A DNA stretch of 64,000 nucleotides, taken from positions 154,876,001 to 154,940,000 of the forward strand of contig NC_042997.1 in NCBI RefSeq assembly GCF_006345805.1. The letters are read 5' to 3'. The DNA comes from Octopus sinensis (Eukaryota). The position numbers and the translations under genes were made by a program. The notes under the pieces are model-generated. The model ran no database searches. It saw only the letters and a program-made list of their open reading frames with translations, and was not told where the DNA came from. This document shows, piece by piece, positions 1 through 11,840 of the stretch (position 1 is its first letter; the number at the start of each line of letters is the position of its first letter).

Positions 1-628
1 CAGAGACCAAAGCCCAGTCAATGCAGTAGAAGCACCGTGACTCACCTCCTCCAAAGAAGGCAAGGGTGCAGCCCTCTGCTGGCAAGAACATGCTCACAGT
101 CTTCTGGGACCAGGACGGAGTAGTTATGACAGATTTCCTGGCAAAGGGTACCACAATGACAGGAGCCTATTATGCTTCACTTTTGAGGAAATTAAGAGAA
201 GCTATCAAAATCAAGAGGCGGGGCAAGATCAGCAAAGGCATCCTCCTCCTGCAGGACAACGCTCCTGTCCACAACTCGCGTGTTGTCAGATCAGAAGCAC
301 ACGCGTGCAGCTATGAACTCCTCTCCCATCCCCCTACTCTCCTGACCTTGCACCCTCTGATTTTCACCTCTTCCCAGCCATGAAGTTGTTTTTGAAAGGA
401 AAGTGTTTCCCAGATGATGCAGCCTTGATTTCTGAAGTCACATCGTGGTTGGAGGACCAAGCTGGAGTCTTCTACAAAAACGGTCTCCAGAGCTGCATCA
501 AACGATGGGAGAAATGCGCAACTCTGGGTGGTTCCTATGTAGAAAAAGACTAATAACTGTGCCAAGTTTCGTTGCTCTACTGCTATGGGAAGTGGGTCAG
601 GGGCATTACTTATTGAACGCCCCTCGTA
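1..628 (+). mobile_element. Mariner (DD34D) DNA transposon, 3' half, running off the window start
   Basis: ORF 66-383 gives TVFWD...QDNAPVH. After a 1-nt shift in the C-run near 330 it continues PYSPDLAPSDFHLF...CIKRWEKC...GSYVEKD* (TAA 551-553), with 34 residues between the 2nd and 3rd Asp. It ends in a mariner-type TIR ...CCCTCG plus TA (627-628). Confidence 0.93.
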
Positions 629-810
629 GCTTTGGTTAATATGGTTAAGAGATTGATACTGGTAATTCTTGATTAATTAGTATGCTAGTGGTTCTTGGCA
701 AAATTTAATGTTGAGTAAAGCTGTTTGCCACTTCACTTCCTCCGGAAGCGATGGTGTTTAATTAGAAGACTTAATTTTGCCAAACAAAATGCAAGTAATT
801 CATTCGAGTG

Positions 811-878
<68 letters not shown>

Positions 879-1305
879 GTATGTATGTATGTATGTATGC
901 ATGATTGAATAAACATAATACAAAAGAAACAAAGACAACACGAGTTCAACAAGGATGTACATATGTGATCTTTCAGACGGTGAGCACGTGAACTAACCCG
1001 CTTGCATTTTCTCCTGGCTCTTTTCTCGTTATCTCTTTTCCTCTCTTTTCTCAAGCATCTGATGAAGATCTATGTCCGAAACGTTCTAACTTTGTTTTCC
1101 TTCTTTAACCGTCAACCTATTGACTGTGAACGCCCCTTGAACATTTGTTGCTCATTTTTGCTATTTGTAATTGTTTTGCTTTATTTATTGCACGCTTACG
1201 TGCGCCTTCCATGTGTTTCGAACCGATAATTTCGAGTAACTTAGATCTCGGATTACGCCGAAGATTTTTCCCAAATGATGTTACACACACAGTCACACAC
1301 ACACA

Positions 1306-1354
<49 letters not shown>

Positions 1355-1652
1355 ATAATATATATATATATATTGTATTTGGAATATATTCATTTAGACG
1401 CTTAATTGTCTTATTAAGTTAACGTGATATTAACAATTTAGAGCCCTTTGAAAAAGGACTCCTAATTTTTTATTGTAAGTCCATATTTATTAATATTATG
1501 ATTATTATTACTACACCGGTCTATGCCTATATTTATAGTTAATATATTTCAACATTTATATATATTCGTCTATACATAGGAGTATGAATGTGAGAATAGT
1601 TCAATCACACATAACACGCACATATATACACACATATACATATTCATATATA

Positions 1653-1715
<63 letters not shown>

Positions 1716-1716
<1 letters not shown>

Positions 1717-1987
1717 TGTTGTGTCTGGGGGAGTTTTTTCTTTTTGTGCCTTATAATCTAACACACTCACCGATAAAATTTCCACTTGTTTCTTATTTTT
1801 TTATTTTCCTAAAATTTTCGTTGCGTCTTGCAACCTTTTCAATAGTCTTGACTCTTGAAAAGTGGTATAAACGTTGCAAGACACAACGAAAATTTTAGGA
1901 AAATAAAAAATAAAAAATAAGTGGAAATTTTACCGGTGAGTGTGTTATAAGGCACAAAAAGAAAATTACTCTCTCCAGACACAACAG
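1716..1987. mobile_element. Non-coding fold-back element (~130-bp arms), PLE-tail-like, next to (TA)n
   Basis: CTGTTGTGTCTGG...TTTTCAA (1716-1842) is the reverse complement of TTGAAAA...CCAGACACAACAG (1855-1987). The axis is AGTC-TT-GACT near 1848. Confidence 0.85.
1809..1845 (-). ncRNA. Minimal type I hammerhead ribozyme, U3-A8 core variant
   Basis: Minus strand reads CUA-UUGAAAA-G-GUUGC aagac GCAAC-GAA-AAUU-U-UAG: 3-bp stem I, 5-bp stem II, palindromic stem III, H17=U. The plus-arm copy has an ~10-nt insertion between core and stem II. Confidence 0.6.
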
Positions 1988-2043
1988 AATATGCTTCAAC
2001 ACACGAACTCATATAAAGAATCGTGCAAACCAAATCCAAAAAC

Positions 2044-2074
<31 letters not shown>

Positions 2075-2247
2075 GTGTGTGTGTGTGTGGTGTGTGTGTG
2101 TGTGTGAGTGTGTATGTATGTATGTGTATGTATGTATGTATGTATGTATGTATGTATGTATGTATGTATGTATGTATGTATGTATGTATAGAAATGACTT
2201 GAGCGTCAATAGGTTTATACCACCAGACAGCAGCAAGAAGGCATTCG

Positions 2248-2630
2248 TATAAATCATCTATAAGGCTATGCAATAAGCTAACAAAGTAGCAAACGTTCTC
2301 AAATAAGTTTCACAAAAGCATGAAATCAATGAAGAAGAGCGTAAGAGCTGATTTGCGGACACCTAACCAATCCACATACTCAGGAATGAACGTAATGAAT
2401 ATTGGAGTTACATCAGAGCCAGAATCCCATATTAATTGGTAGAATGGGTGCATTATGAACAAGCTATCCTAATATTCATTAAGTTTTCATTCTTGAATTG
2501 ATTGATTCATTGAGTGTCTCCAAATCGATATACTTTTCCCTTTTCAATTGATTCCAGGTTTCTATGGATCCTGGTTGGGAATGTTTGCTACCTTTATTAG
2601 CTTGTCGCATAGCCTTATAAATAATTTATA
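2248..2630. repeat. Older degenerate fold-back element (~55-85-bp inverted arms)
   Basis: TATAAATCATCTATAAGGCTATGCAATAAGCTAACAAAGTAGCAAACGTTCTCAA matches the reverse complement of 2575-2630 with scattered mismatches. Confidence 0.7.
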
Positions 2631-2720
2631 TCCATGGCCTCTTGTTGATGTATAGTGGTATAAAGATATTGATTGTCAAGTTCTTTCTATATATATGTAT
2701 GAAGAAATACGCGTATACAT

Positions 2721-2751
<31 letters not shown>

Positions 2752-2756
2752 CATAT

Positions 2757-2821
<65 letters not shown>

Positions 2822-2986
2822 ATGTGTGTGTGCGTATGTGTATGTGCGTGTATGTGTTATGCATCTGAATGAGTGCACGTATTCAATCAGTCATGCACCT
2901 ATTCATAGATAAATGCATAATTATTTATACATACACATAATCATTATAACATAATCATAAACTATCATATTATTGATAATAGTACG

Positions 2987-3111
<125 letters not shown>

Positions 3112-3423
3112 GATGGCATTCACTGCTCTCTCACTCAATGATAATAATAAAGAATTAGCAATTTTCTTTCAACGGTCTCTAAATCATTAATGCCGTGTTA
3201 ATTTAGTTAGACACACCAGACATATATAATTGATATTCTATGCATCTGTACCTTTTTTCTAATTACTCGAAATAAATACTGATGAAGCAAGTATACACAC
3301 TTGTGGAGATCTGAAATACACTTGTTCAAGTTTCACGATGCTTGTAAATGAATTAAGCATATATGGGTGATTCGTTGGAGTTTGCAGCACAATTCGTTTG
3401 ATTATGCGTAAACACATAGAGAC

Positions 3424-3490
<67 letters not shown>

Positions 3491-4049
3491 TATACTGGCA
3501 CACATTCATACACATATCTAATGCGAATGATCGATATATGTATGCAGGCGTGAACACCTATATATGCGTACATAAATGTATGGGTGTATATTCGAATATA
3601 TTCTGTTATTTCGTTCAGTAAAAACAAATCTTTTCGAATTTCCCTGCCAATTTTACAAACTTCCTTCTTACCAGCCAAGCCTACTCATGGAACTTTAAAG
3701 CTTTTAAAGTGAATATAGAAGTTCGAAAAACACCATCACACTCTTGAAAGTTTAGACATTCTTGTGACGTCAACAACATACAATTCTCGCTGGTTAGAAT
3801 AAGGTTATGGATAGAAAATGGAAAAAAAAATCGAAGGACTGTTTCGGTCCAATGGTGGAACGTCTGTTATATCTACAAGATATGAGAGTTCGAGTTCACA
3901 ACCCAATATTTAAGTGCTGTATTTGTAGTTTTATTGGTTTTTCGACATCCACTTCCAAAATATATTCATATATATATATAGTGTAAAATTTAAAGAAAAA
4001 AAAGATAAAGACAGATGTATTAGTTTGACGCTCGGGAAAGTGAGAAAGT

Positions 4050-4085
4050 CTTTTACGTTTCGAGCTTACGCTCTTCAACAGAAAA
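4050..4085 (-). ncRNA. Decayed type I hammerhead motif (A6U) in a PLE-tail fragment; mirror copy at 7756-7791 (+)
   Basis: UUUU-CUGUUGA-A-GAGC GUAA GCUC-GAA-ACGU-A-AAAG: GNRA-capped stem II, palindromic stem III, GUA triplet. Core position 6 is U rather than A. Confidence 0.55.
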
Positions 4086-4323
4086 GAATACGAGAAAATA
4101 AACAGAAAAGGAACAAAAAAACTTGTGGAGAAGACAAAAAGAAGAAATGGAGAGAGAAAGGCAAAGTAACAACGTACGGAATACGAAAAAACAGAAACTT
4201 CAAAAAAGTTCAGACGTATGTTGGAGCGACTTTTCATCAATGGAAGAGTCCAGTAAAATCCGTGAAAGTATATCCAGTGGTAAAATGGGGGAGTGCTGGT
4301 ATGTAGGTCATATATACATACAT

Positions 4324-4352
<29 letters not shown>

Positions 4353-4354
<2 letters not shown>

Positions 4355-4914
4355 CGAGCAAAACGCCCCCCGTCCAATGGACGGTGTTGGGTTGTCAAAC
4401 ATTTAAACCAAATTTTCTCAAAGCGACTTGTCCGACCGTCCAATAGGCCTCCCCTTTGAGAAACACTGATTTAACCTAAATTTGAGACACCAGCAAAAGA
4501 AGAAATAAAGATAGACTTTTTTTCCATTCCAAAGAAAAACGATTTTATTCACACAAATATGCAACCGAAGAGTTTAAAGTACCAGTAATGATAAAGCTGT
4601 TGACTGGGAGAACACAAGCATGATTTAAACAGTAAACTTGGCAGGAAAGAAACGTGCCTTTAAGCAGAACAAAAACAACAAAAAATGGAAGGTGCAGTTA
4701 CGTACAGGTTGACGGAAGAAAAGCAGGACAAAAATGGCTTTATCGATCGCATTCTCACATGGAATCAATTTTTGTAATTTTTTCAAGACTCATACATGCC
4801 CTGATACCGTTGGTATCTACATATCAAATTTGAGCGCAATCGGATGGAGGATGCCCGAGATCCAAGAAGACACACACACACACAGACAGACAGAACGGAT
4901 TTTATATAGGAGAT
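4353..4914 (+). mobile_element. Helentron-associated (HINE/DINE-1-like) non-autonomous element; inverted copy ~6942-7495
   Basis: Starts TACGAGC with a sub-terminal hairpin CCGTCCA-A-TGGACGG (4370-4384). Ends CAAATTTGAGCGCAATCGG...(CA)n(GACA)n...TTTATATAGGAGAT. Family assignment is by resemblance only. Confidence 0.5.
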
Positions 4915-5518
4915 ATGCATGCTAACGCTCACTCACACGCATATATATACACATACATTCATTCACACATACTTTCATGAAAGACATATACACTTGATGT
5001 TATGCAAAATAATATTTGAGTCTGTAGAACTAGTAATGCTAACTAAATAACAGTTCAATGTTTGTGTCAATCACAACAGCAAGCATATATAAATTTGCTG
5101 TTGTATATGTATGCGTGTGTGTGGACACATATACATACATATATGTTTCTAGCTCTTCACTTTTACATATTTCAGCTGCTAAAAGGCAAATTCACTGCAG
5201 TTACTGTGTAGAAAATTTTCTCTTACGGTAAAAAGGTGTAAAAACACCATATCTGTTCAGTGTCGTCATCTATCAGGATCCCTAGGCATTGATGTTTCTA
5301 GCTTCTTGCTTGTTAGCAGTTGATATATGTCACAATCATATTTTAACTAGCCTAAACTTTGCTCGGCGCTAATATTTCGGTAATATATATACACGCACAC
5401 ATACATGTATGCGTGTGTATATATATATATATATATATATACTTTTACTTTTTTTTTTTACTTTTTTTACTTGTTTCAGTCATTTGACTGCGGCTATGCT
5501 GGAGCACCGCCGTTATAT

Positions 5519-5576
<58 letters not shown>

Positions 5577-5577
<1 letters not shown>

Positions 5578-6351
5578 ATTTCAACAATTGAGGGTAGAAT
5601 TAATTAATTATTAATCAATTTCACCAAGTATTCAGTATGTAAAGGGACCATTTAAGACGAATTCAAATTATTACATTATATAAAAGGGCTTAGTAAAATA
5701 AATTACTTTGCCACATACTGAACTCATTAGAAATAGTAGCTAAAAAAACTTTTTTAAAACTATTTCTAATACTTAAAGAAAATCTCTCTCATGTAGTGTT
5801 TGCTCAATTCAACTCACGAAAGTATGGGGGTAAAGACATTAAAAAATCAAATGCAAAGGTTATTTGAGACGTACGTTTCTAGATTAGTCAACTCGACATT
5901 TCTATCATCAGCTCAGAACTCCTTGGTTTGGATTTGAAAACACTGAAAGTGGGAGCATACCCTTTCGGCTTCTTATCGCTTCTGCAGATCTGCTCGAAAC
6001 TAACATGCCAGCAAACTCAAAATATGCAAGCGAAGATTTCTGCTCTCCCCTTTCCACCAGCGTGGGTAAAATCAGTAACACTATGCTTTTTCGGTAAAAT
6101 CCGAAGCATTTTACCGTGAGTTGAATTGAGCAAACACTACATGAGAGAGATTTTCTTTAAGTATTAGAAATAGTTTTAAAAAAGTTTTTTTAGCTACTAT
6201 TTCTAATGAGTTCAGTATGTGGCAAAGTAATTTATTTTACTAAGCCCTTTTATATAATGTAATAATTTGAATTCGCCTTAAATGGTCCCATTGCATACTG
6301 AATACTTGGTGAAATTGATTAATAATTAATTAATTTTACCCTCAATTGTTG

Positions 6352-6356
<5 letters not shown>
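5577..6356. mobile_element. Fold-back element B: 242-bp arms, ~295-bp spacer, (TA)n on both sides
   Basis: 5577-5818 is the reverse complement of 6115-6356 with about 5 mismatches. Confidence 0.9.
5864..5915 (-). ncRNA. Type I hammerhead-like motif in the spacer of element B
   Basis: UGAG-CUGAUGA-UAG...CUA-GAA-ACGUACGU-C-UCAA: canonical core, palindromic stem III, GUC triplet. Stem I is out of register by one base, possibly from a lost C. Confidence 0.6.
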
Positions 6357-6398
<42 letters not shown>

Positions 6399-6430
6399 AA
6401 GGTGAAAAGGAACACACGAGTTGATATATA

Positions 6431-6886
6431 TGAAAAAACAAGTCAAAAATAGAAAATGCTAAAATAATTTTATAGTGAACATTTCAGTACCGGTTTCGGT
6501 CATTTTGAGACCTTTTCAACTGTAACGATTAAATAATTAAATTTAGAAAATTAGAAAAAAGTTTTTTTAAAAGAATATTTCTATAGTAGTGTTCAGATTT
6601 AAGTGGCATTCTGCCTTTCTCTGACTCCCTGTTTGCACTTGTGTGTCGGAGGTCGTTGTGAGTTCTTGGAAGGGTAGTAGAGGAAGAAGGCTGGTGGGGA
6701 AAGGGGGATGGGAGAATCTGGAGTGCCCTGATGGTCGTATTTTGAATGGTCAGTGGCGGCTGGCAGTCTCAGTTCAATTCAGTAGAATATTTATATTGAC
6801 AGGCTTGTTTATAGAATTAGCGTAGGTGTTATACTAAAAACATTAGTGACAAAGTTAAGGGGTAGGGGGTGGAGAAGTAGAAAGTA
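6431..6886 (-). mobile_element. Inverted 3'-terminal (pLTR) copy of the Neptune-type PLE; hammerhead at 6485-6522
   Basis: Reverse complement of 9700-10154 and co-linear with 63073-63520. Confidence 0.9.
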
Positions 6887-8090
6887 TGTGTGAATGAATG
6901 TATGTGTATATATATGCGTGTGAGTGAGCGTTAGCATGCATATCTCCTATATAAAGTCCATTCTGTCTGTCTGTGTGTGTGTCTTCTTGGATCTCGGGCA
7001 TCCTCCATCCGATTGCGCTCAAATTTGATATGTAGATACCACGGTATCAGGGCATGTATGAGTCTTGAAAAATTACAAAAATTGATTCCATGTGAGAATG
7101 CGATCGATAAAGCCATTTTTGTACTGCTTTTCTTCCGTCAACCTGTACGTAACTGCACCTTCCATTTTTTGTTGTTTTTGTTCTGCTTAAAGGCACGTTT
7201 CTTTCCTGCCAAGTTTACTGTTTAAACCATGCTTGTGTTCTCCCAGTCAACAGCCTTATCATTACTGGTACTTTAAACTCTTCGGTTGCATATTTGTGTG
7301 AATAAAATCGTTTTTCTTTGGAATAGAAAAAAGTCTATCTTTATTTCTTCTTTTGCTGGTGTCTCAAATTTAGGTTAAATCAGTGTTTCTCAAAGGGGAG
7401 GCCTATTGGACGGTCGGACAAGTCGCTTTGAGAAAATTTGGTTTAAATGTTTGACAACCCAACACCGTCCATTGGACGGGGGCGTTTTGCTCGTATATAT
7501 ATATATATGTGTGTGTGTATGTATGTATATATGACCTACATACCAGCACTCCCCCATTTTACCACTGGATATACTTTCACGGATTTTACTGGACTCTTCC
7601 ATTGATGAAAAGTCGCTCCAACATACGTCTGAACTTTTTTGAAGTTCTGTTTTTTCGTATTCCGTACGTTGTTACTTTGCCTTTCTCTCTCCATTTCTTC
7701 TTTTGTCTTCTCCACAAGTTTTTTTTGTTCCTTTTCTGTTTATTTTCTCGTATTCTTTTCTGTTGAAGAGCGTAAGCTCGAAACGTAAAAGACTTTCTCA
7801 CTTCCCGAGCGTCAAACTAATACATCTGTCTTTATCTTTTTTTCTTTAATTTTACACTATATATATATATGAATATATTTTGGAAGTGGATGTCGAAAAA
7901 CCAATAAAACTACAAATACAGCACTTAAATATTGGGTTGTGAACTCGAACTCTCATCTCTTGTAGATATAACAGACGTTCCACCATTGGACCGAAACAGT
8001 CCTTCGATTTTTTTTTCCATTTTCTATCCATAACCCTATTCTAACCAGCGAGAATTGTATGTTGTTGACGTCACAAGAATGTCTAAACTT
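6880..8090. repeat. Segment A', inverted copy of 3748-4976 between two PLE arms
   Basis: Reverse-complement match. There is a 7-nt microhomology GAAAGTA at 6880-6886 with the PLE tail. Confidence 0.9.
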
Positions 8091-10154
8091 CTTCGCCTTC
8101 AATGACAACTTCTACCGACAAAAATCGGGGACTGCGATGGGTACACGAATGGCCCCTCCTTTGCCAACCTAGTCATAGGATACCTAGAGATCAGTCTGTA
8201 TCGTAAGGTTCTAGAAAGATATGGCAGCCCTTTCTCCATCTACATAGAAAACAACTGGAAGAGATATCTAGATGACTGTTTCATCCTTTGGCATAAAAAT
8301 ATAGAAAAACTCATAGAATTCCAGAAAATTTTAAACGGACTGGACGTAAACATCCCATTCACGAGGAATATAGCCAACAACAACTCCCCTTCCTCGATAT
8401 CCTCATTAAGAAAGCTAATAATATAATAGAAACAGACATATACTATAAGCCTACAGACTCTAAGCAATATCTTCCATTCAATTCATGCCACCCCAGACCA
8501 CCAGGATGAATATCCCCTTCAATCTAGCAAAAGGATATGCACTATAGTCTCTAACGCAAACACCAGAGACACACGACTACAAGAACTAAAGAGATACCCT
8601 AATCACCAGGAACTATCCACTTTCACTTATTGACAAGTGCATTCAACGTTCCCTTCAACTTAACATCAAGGAACTGAGACATCCCAAATCAAGAAAAACT
8701 TACAACAAAAGCCTTACCATACATCTCCACACACACCCTCTCAATAACGAAGCCTTCGACACCATCCTCCACAACATACCCCTCCTAAAAAAAGACCACA
8801 GAATGAACACAATCCTCCAAACACACACGATCATAAAAAGCAAAAGACAGCCTAGATCCATGAAAAGTCTCCTTACACAAGCCCGAATTCACTCCTCACA
8901 CAGAAGCCGACAGTAAAAAAATGTGGAAGACCCAATTGCGGGTATGCGACTATCTAATTGAGGATCAGAGTTCTCCTTCAAGCAGGGACAACGGTTTACA
9001 GTGAAAAGCAACTTCACATGTGCTTCGGAGAACCTAATATACTCACTAACCTGCTCCGGGTGTCAAGAGCAGTACATAGGCCAAACAAAAAATGGTTTGC
9101 GTAAACGAATGGCCCTGCACAGATCCCAGATAAAAATTCCCCAAACAGAAAAATAGCTTTTAGCCAACACATAGATACTTGCGCCAACAAAAAAACAACC
9201 AAACTTCAGAATTTTCCCCCTCTACCAATTTAGGGACGATACAACCTCGAGACAACGAATAAGTAAAGAAAATCTCTTTATTACAAAATACAAGCCACTT
9301 CTAAACGGGTCTACGACAAACAATTAATATACCTCAACTTAGAATAAAAGAAAAAAATATATAACACACACACAATATTACACTCCATAGAATCCATTAC
9401 TAATCAGCCCCTTCATAGCTATAACTTACACCCAATCATATTCCCCCTTCTCTGTTCTTTTCTTCTTCTTCCTCTTCTTCTTCATCATCATCATTATCAT
9501 CATCATCGTCGTCATCATCATCACCACCATCATCACCACCATCTTCTCCTTCTCCTCCTTCTTCTTCTTCTTCTTCATCATCATCATTATCATCATCATC
9601 GTCGTCATAATCATCACCACCATCACCATCATCGTCATCTTCTCCTTCTCCTTCTTCTTCTTCTTCTTCTTCTTCTTCTTCTTCTCTCTTCTTCTCTTCT
9701 ACTTTCTCTTCTCCACCCCCTACCCCTTAACTTTGTCACTAATGTTTTTTTAGTATAACACCTACGCTAATTCTATAAACAAGCCTGTCAATATAAATAT
9801 TCTCCTGAATTGAACTGAGACTGCCAGCCGCCACTGACCATTCAAAATACGACCAACAGGGCACTCCCAGATTCTCCCATCCCCCTTTCCCCACCAGCCT
9901 TCTTCCTCTCTACCCTTCCAAGAACTCACAACGACCTCCGAACACAAGTGCAAACAAGGAGTCAGAGAAAGGCAGAATGCCACTTAAATCTGAACACTAC
10001 TATAGAAATATTCTTTTAAAAAAACTTTTCTTCTAATTTTCTAAATTTAATTATTAATCGTTACAGTTGAAAAGGTCTCAAAATGACCGAAACCGGTACT
10101 GAAATGTTCACTATAAAATTATTTTAGCATTTTCTATTTTGACTTGTTTTTTCA
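8091..10154 (+). mobile_element. Penelope-like element, Neptune-type, 5'-truncated (RT-thumb-GIY-YIG remnant plus pLTR)
   Basis: Translation across frameshifts gives FAFNDNFYRQKSGTAMGTRMAP, WKRYLDDCFILW, TDIYYKPTDSKQYLPFNSCHP, KKCGRPNCG, FTCASENLIYSLTCSGCQEQYIGQT...RMALHRSQI, with a stop near 9325. The pLTR contains (CAT)n/(CTT)n and ends in (TA)n. Confidence 0.92.
10064..10101 (+). ncRNA. Minimal type I hammerhead ribozyme, U3-A8 core (Neptune pLTR)
   Basis: CAG-UUGAAAA-GGUC ucaaaau GACC-GAA-ACCGGU-A-CUG: G10.1-C11.1 intact, palindromic stem III, GUA triplet. Identical in all three copies. Confidence 0.75.
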
Positions 10155-10176
10155 TATATATTATATATATATATAA

Positions 10177-10214
<38 letters not shown>

Positions 10215-11840
10215 ATATTGTTATATTTCGGAATGGTCATATTGCCAGTTTAGCCAATAAAAACACACGCACTATATGTTTGGTGTTATTTTGCTTCAGT
10301 GTTATTTATTTTTTACATTAATCTTAATCTTATTTCGGCCAGAGTTCTTTCGTCACACTCCTGTGACCGCATCAGTGGTCCTTTGTTTTCTTCTTTCTTA
10401 TTTGTGTCTCTCCTTACTAACCGTCAGCCATTTTGTATTTCTATTGTATGTCTTCATTTGCGCATGCTTATATCTCTATATGCGTCTATGTTTATTTAGT
10501 GTGTGTATGGGGGGGATGCCTGTAATATTTGTATCTTCTGTTTATATGTGTTCATGTAATTGTATTTTGTTTTTTGTTTTGTTGTTTTTATTTATTCTTA
10601 TTTTGTTCATGTGTTTACATCACTTATTATCATTACATATGCTTGTATGTATGTATGTATGTATGTATGTATGTATGTATGTATGTATGTATGTATGTAT
10701 GTATGTGATGTATAACAACAATACTAGTAATAATAATAATAAAATCAAATCGAAAAAAAATATATATATAGTATTTATTTCTATTAGTTTATTATCTGTG
10801 TATTTATTATGTTTTCAGGATCCTCTATCGTCATATGTTGTGGTGTGTGTTAGTGCTCCATTCTAGTTTTCTATTCAGGCTAGGTTTATTTTCTATTATG
10901 GGTGTAGCTTCTGTAATTTGTCTAATGTTGCATCTGTTCTATGTGTAGACAATATTTTAATTTCTATGTTATTGATTGATCCCCCGTGTTCCTGTTCGGC
11001 GTGTTGGTACAGAATCGATGAGCTTTTACCTTCCTTGAGTTGTCTCCAATGTACGTTTACTCGCTCTCCAATGCTTCTTGTCGTTTCCCCTACGTATGTC
11101 GTTGTCTTGTTACTGCATCGTCCCTCTATACATCTTATACTATAGACTACATTTCTGGCTTTACAGTTTGTTTGTGGGCTAAATCTACATTCAGTACAGT
11201 ACTTTTCCGTACAGGGGGTTCTACTAAAAGGATAGGTTCTACCAATTATAGATTTGATAGGGTTGCCTGGCTTTTCAACAACCTTAATTCTAGCTTAAGT
11301 TTGTCTAGGTCCTTCTAAAGCGGTACGCCAGTTCAACTCCAGGGGTGGTGTCAACGAACATGACACTCTGGTATTTATGGCTATCATACCAAGAGTTGGC
11401 CTCCCTATTTTCTTTTTTGTCCTTTCTATAGTGTTCCATGACTTGTTCCTATAGAGTGGGCAAATCCCATTCCTATCATTACATAATATATTATCAAATT
11501 TCTTCATGGCTCCTTTGTATACTCCGATCCTTTCTTTATGGCTGTAACCTGAGAACTGCATGCGGTGAATGAAATATTGTATGTGTCTCTTTAACTCTGT
11601 GGGCTCGCACATGTGTGACACATAGCGAGAGTACATGTTTACGAGTATGGATTTCTGTGTTAGGCGTTCTTTAAGCCTTCTGTCCCACCATACCATGAAA
11701 AGGTTAGCCACATCACCAGCGATACTAACGCTGATGGCTGCCCCATCGTCCTGGGCATATATTTTATTAAACTTAAACGTGTGGCCTTTTAGGGTAACTC
11801 TTATACTAGCTCCTAGTGCATGTGCGATCATTTTCTTGAT
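10215..11840 (-). mobile_element. Naiad-type PLE, left arm (RT core fused by deletion to thumb/EN, then pLTR)
   Basis: ORF 11295-11831 has AQDDGAAISVSIAGDVANLFMVWWD...YSRYV followed directly by SHM...FSGYS; the catalytic DD is deleted. The EN and pLTR mirror the right arm. Clade call is from recalled motifs. Confidence 0.85.

Larger units (their letters stand above)
3748..4976. repeat. Segment A, source of a 1.2-kb inverted duplication
   Basis: Near-identical reverse complement at 6880-8090; both ends traced base by base. Confidence 0.92.

Noticed and set aside
1055-1090. CTGATGA-AGATCTATGTCC-GAAACGTT hammerhead-like core
   Set aside because: No stem I pairing (AGCAT versus CTAAC) and a weak stem II; at most a decayed PLE tail.
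3278-3325. CTGATGA...GAAA
   Set aside because: No stem II adjoining GAAA and no stem I or III; a chance match.
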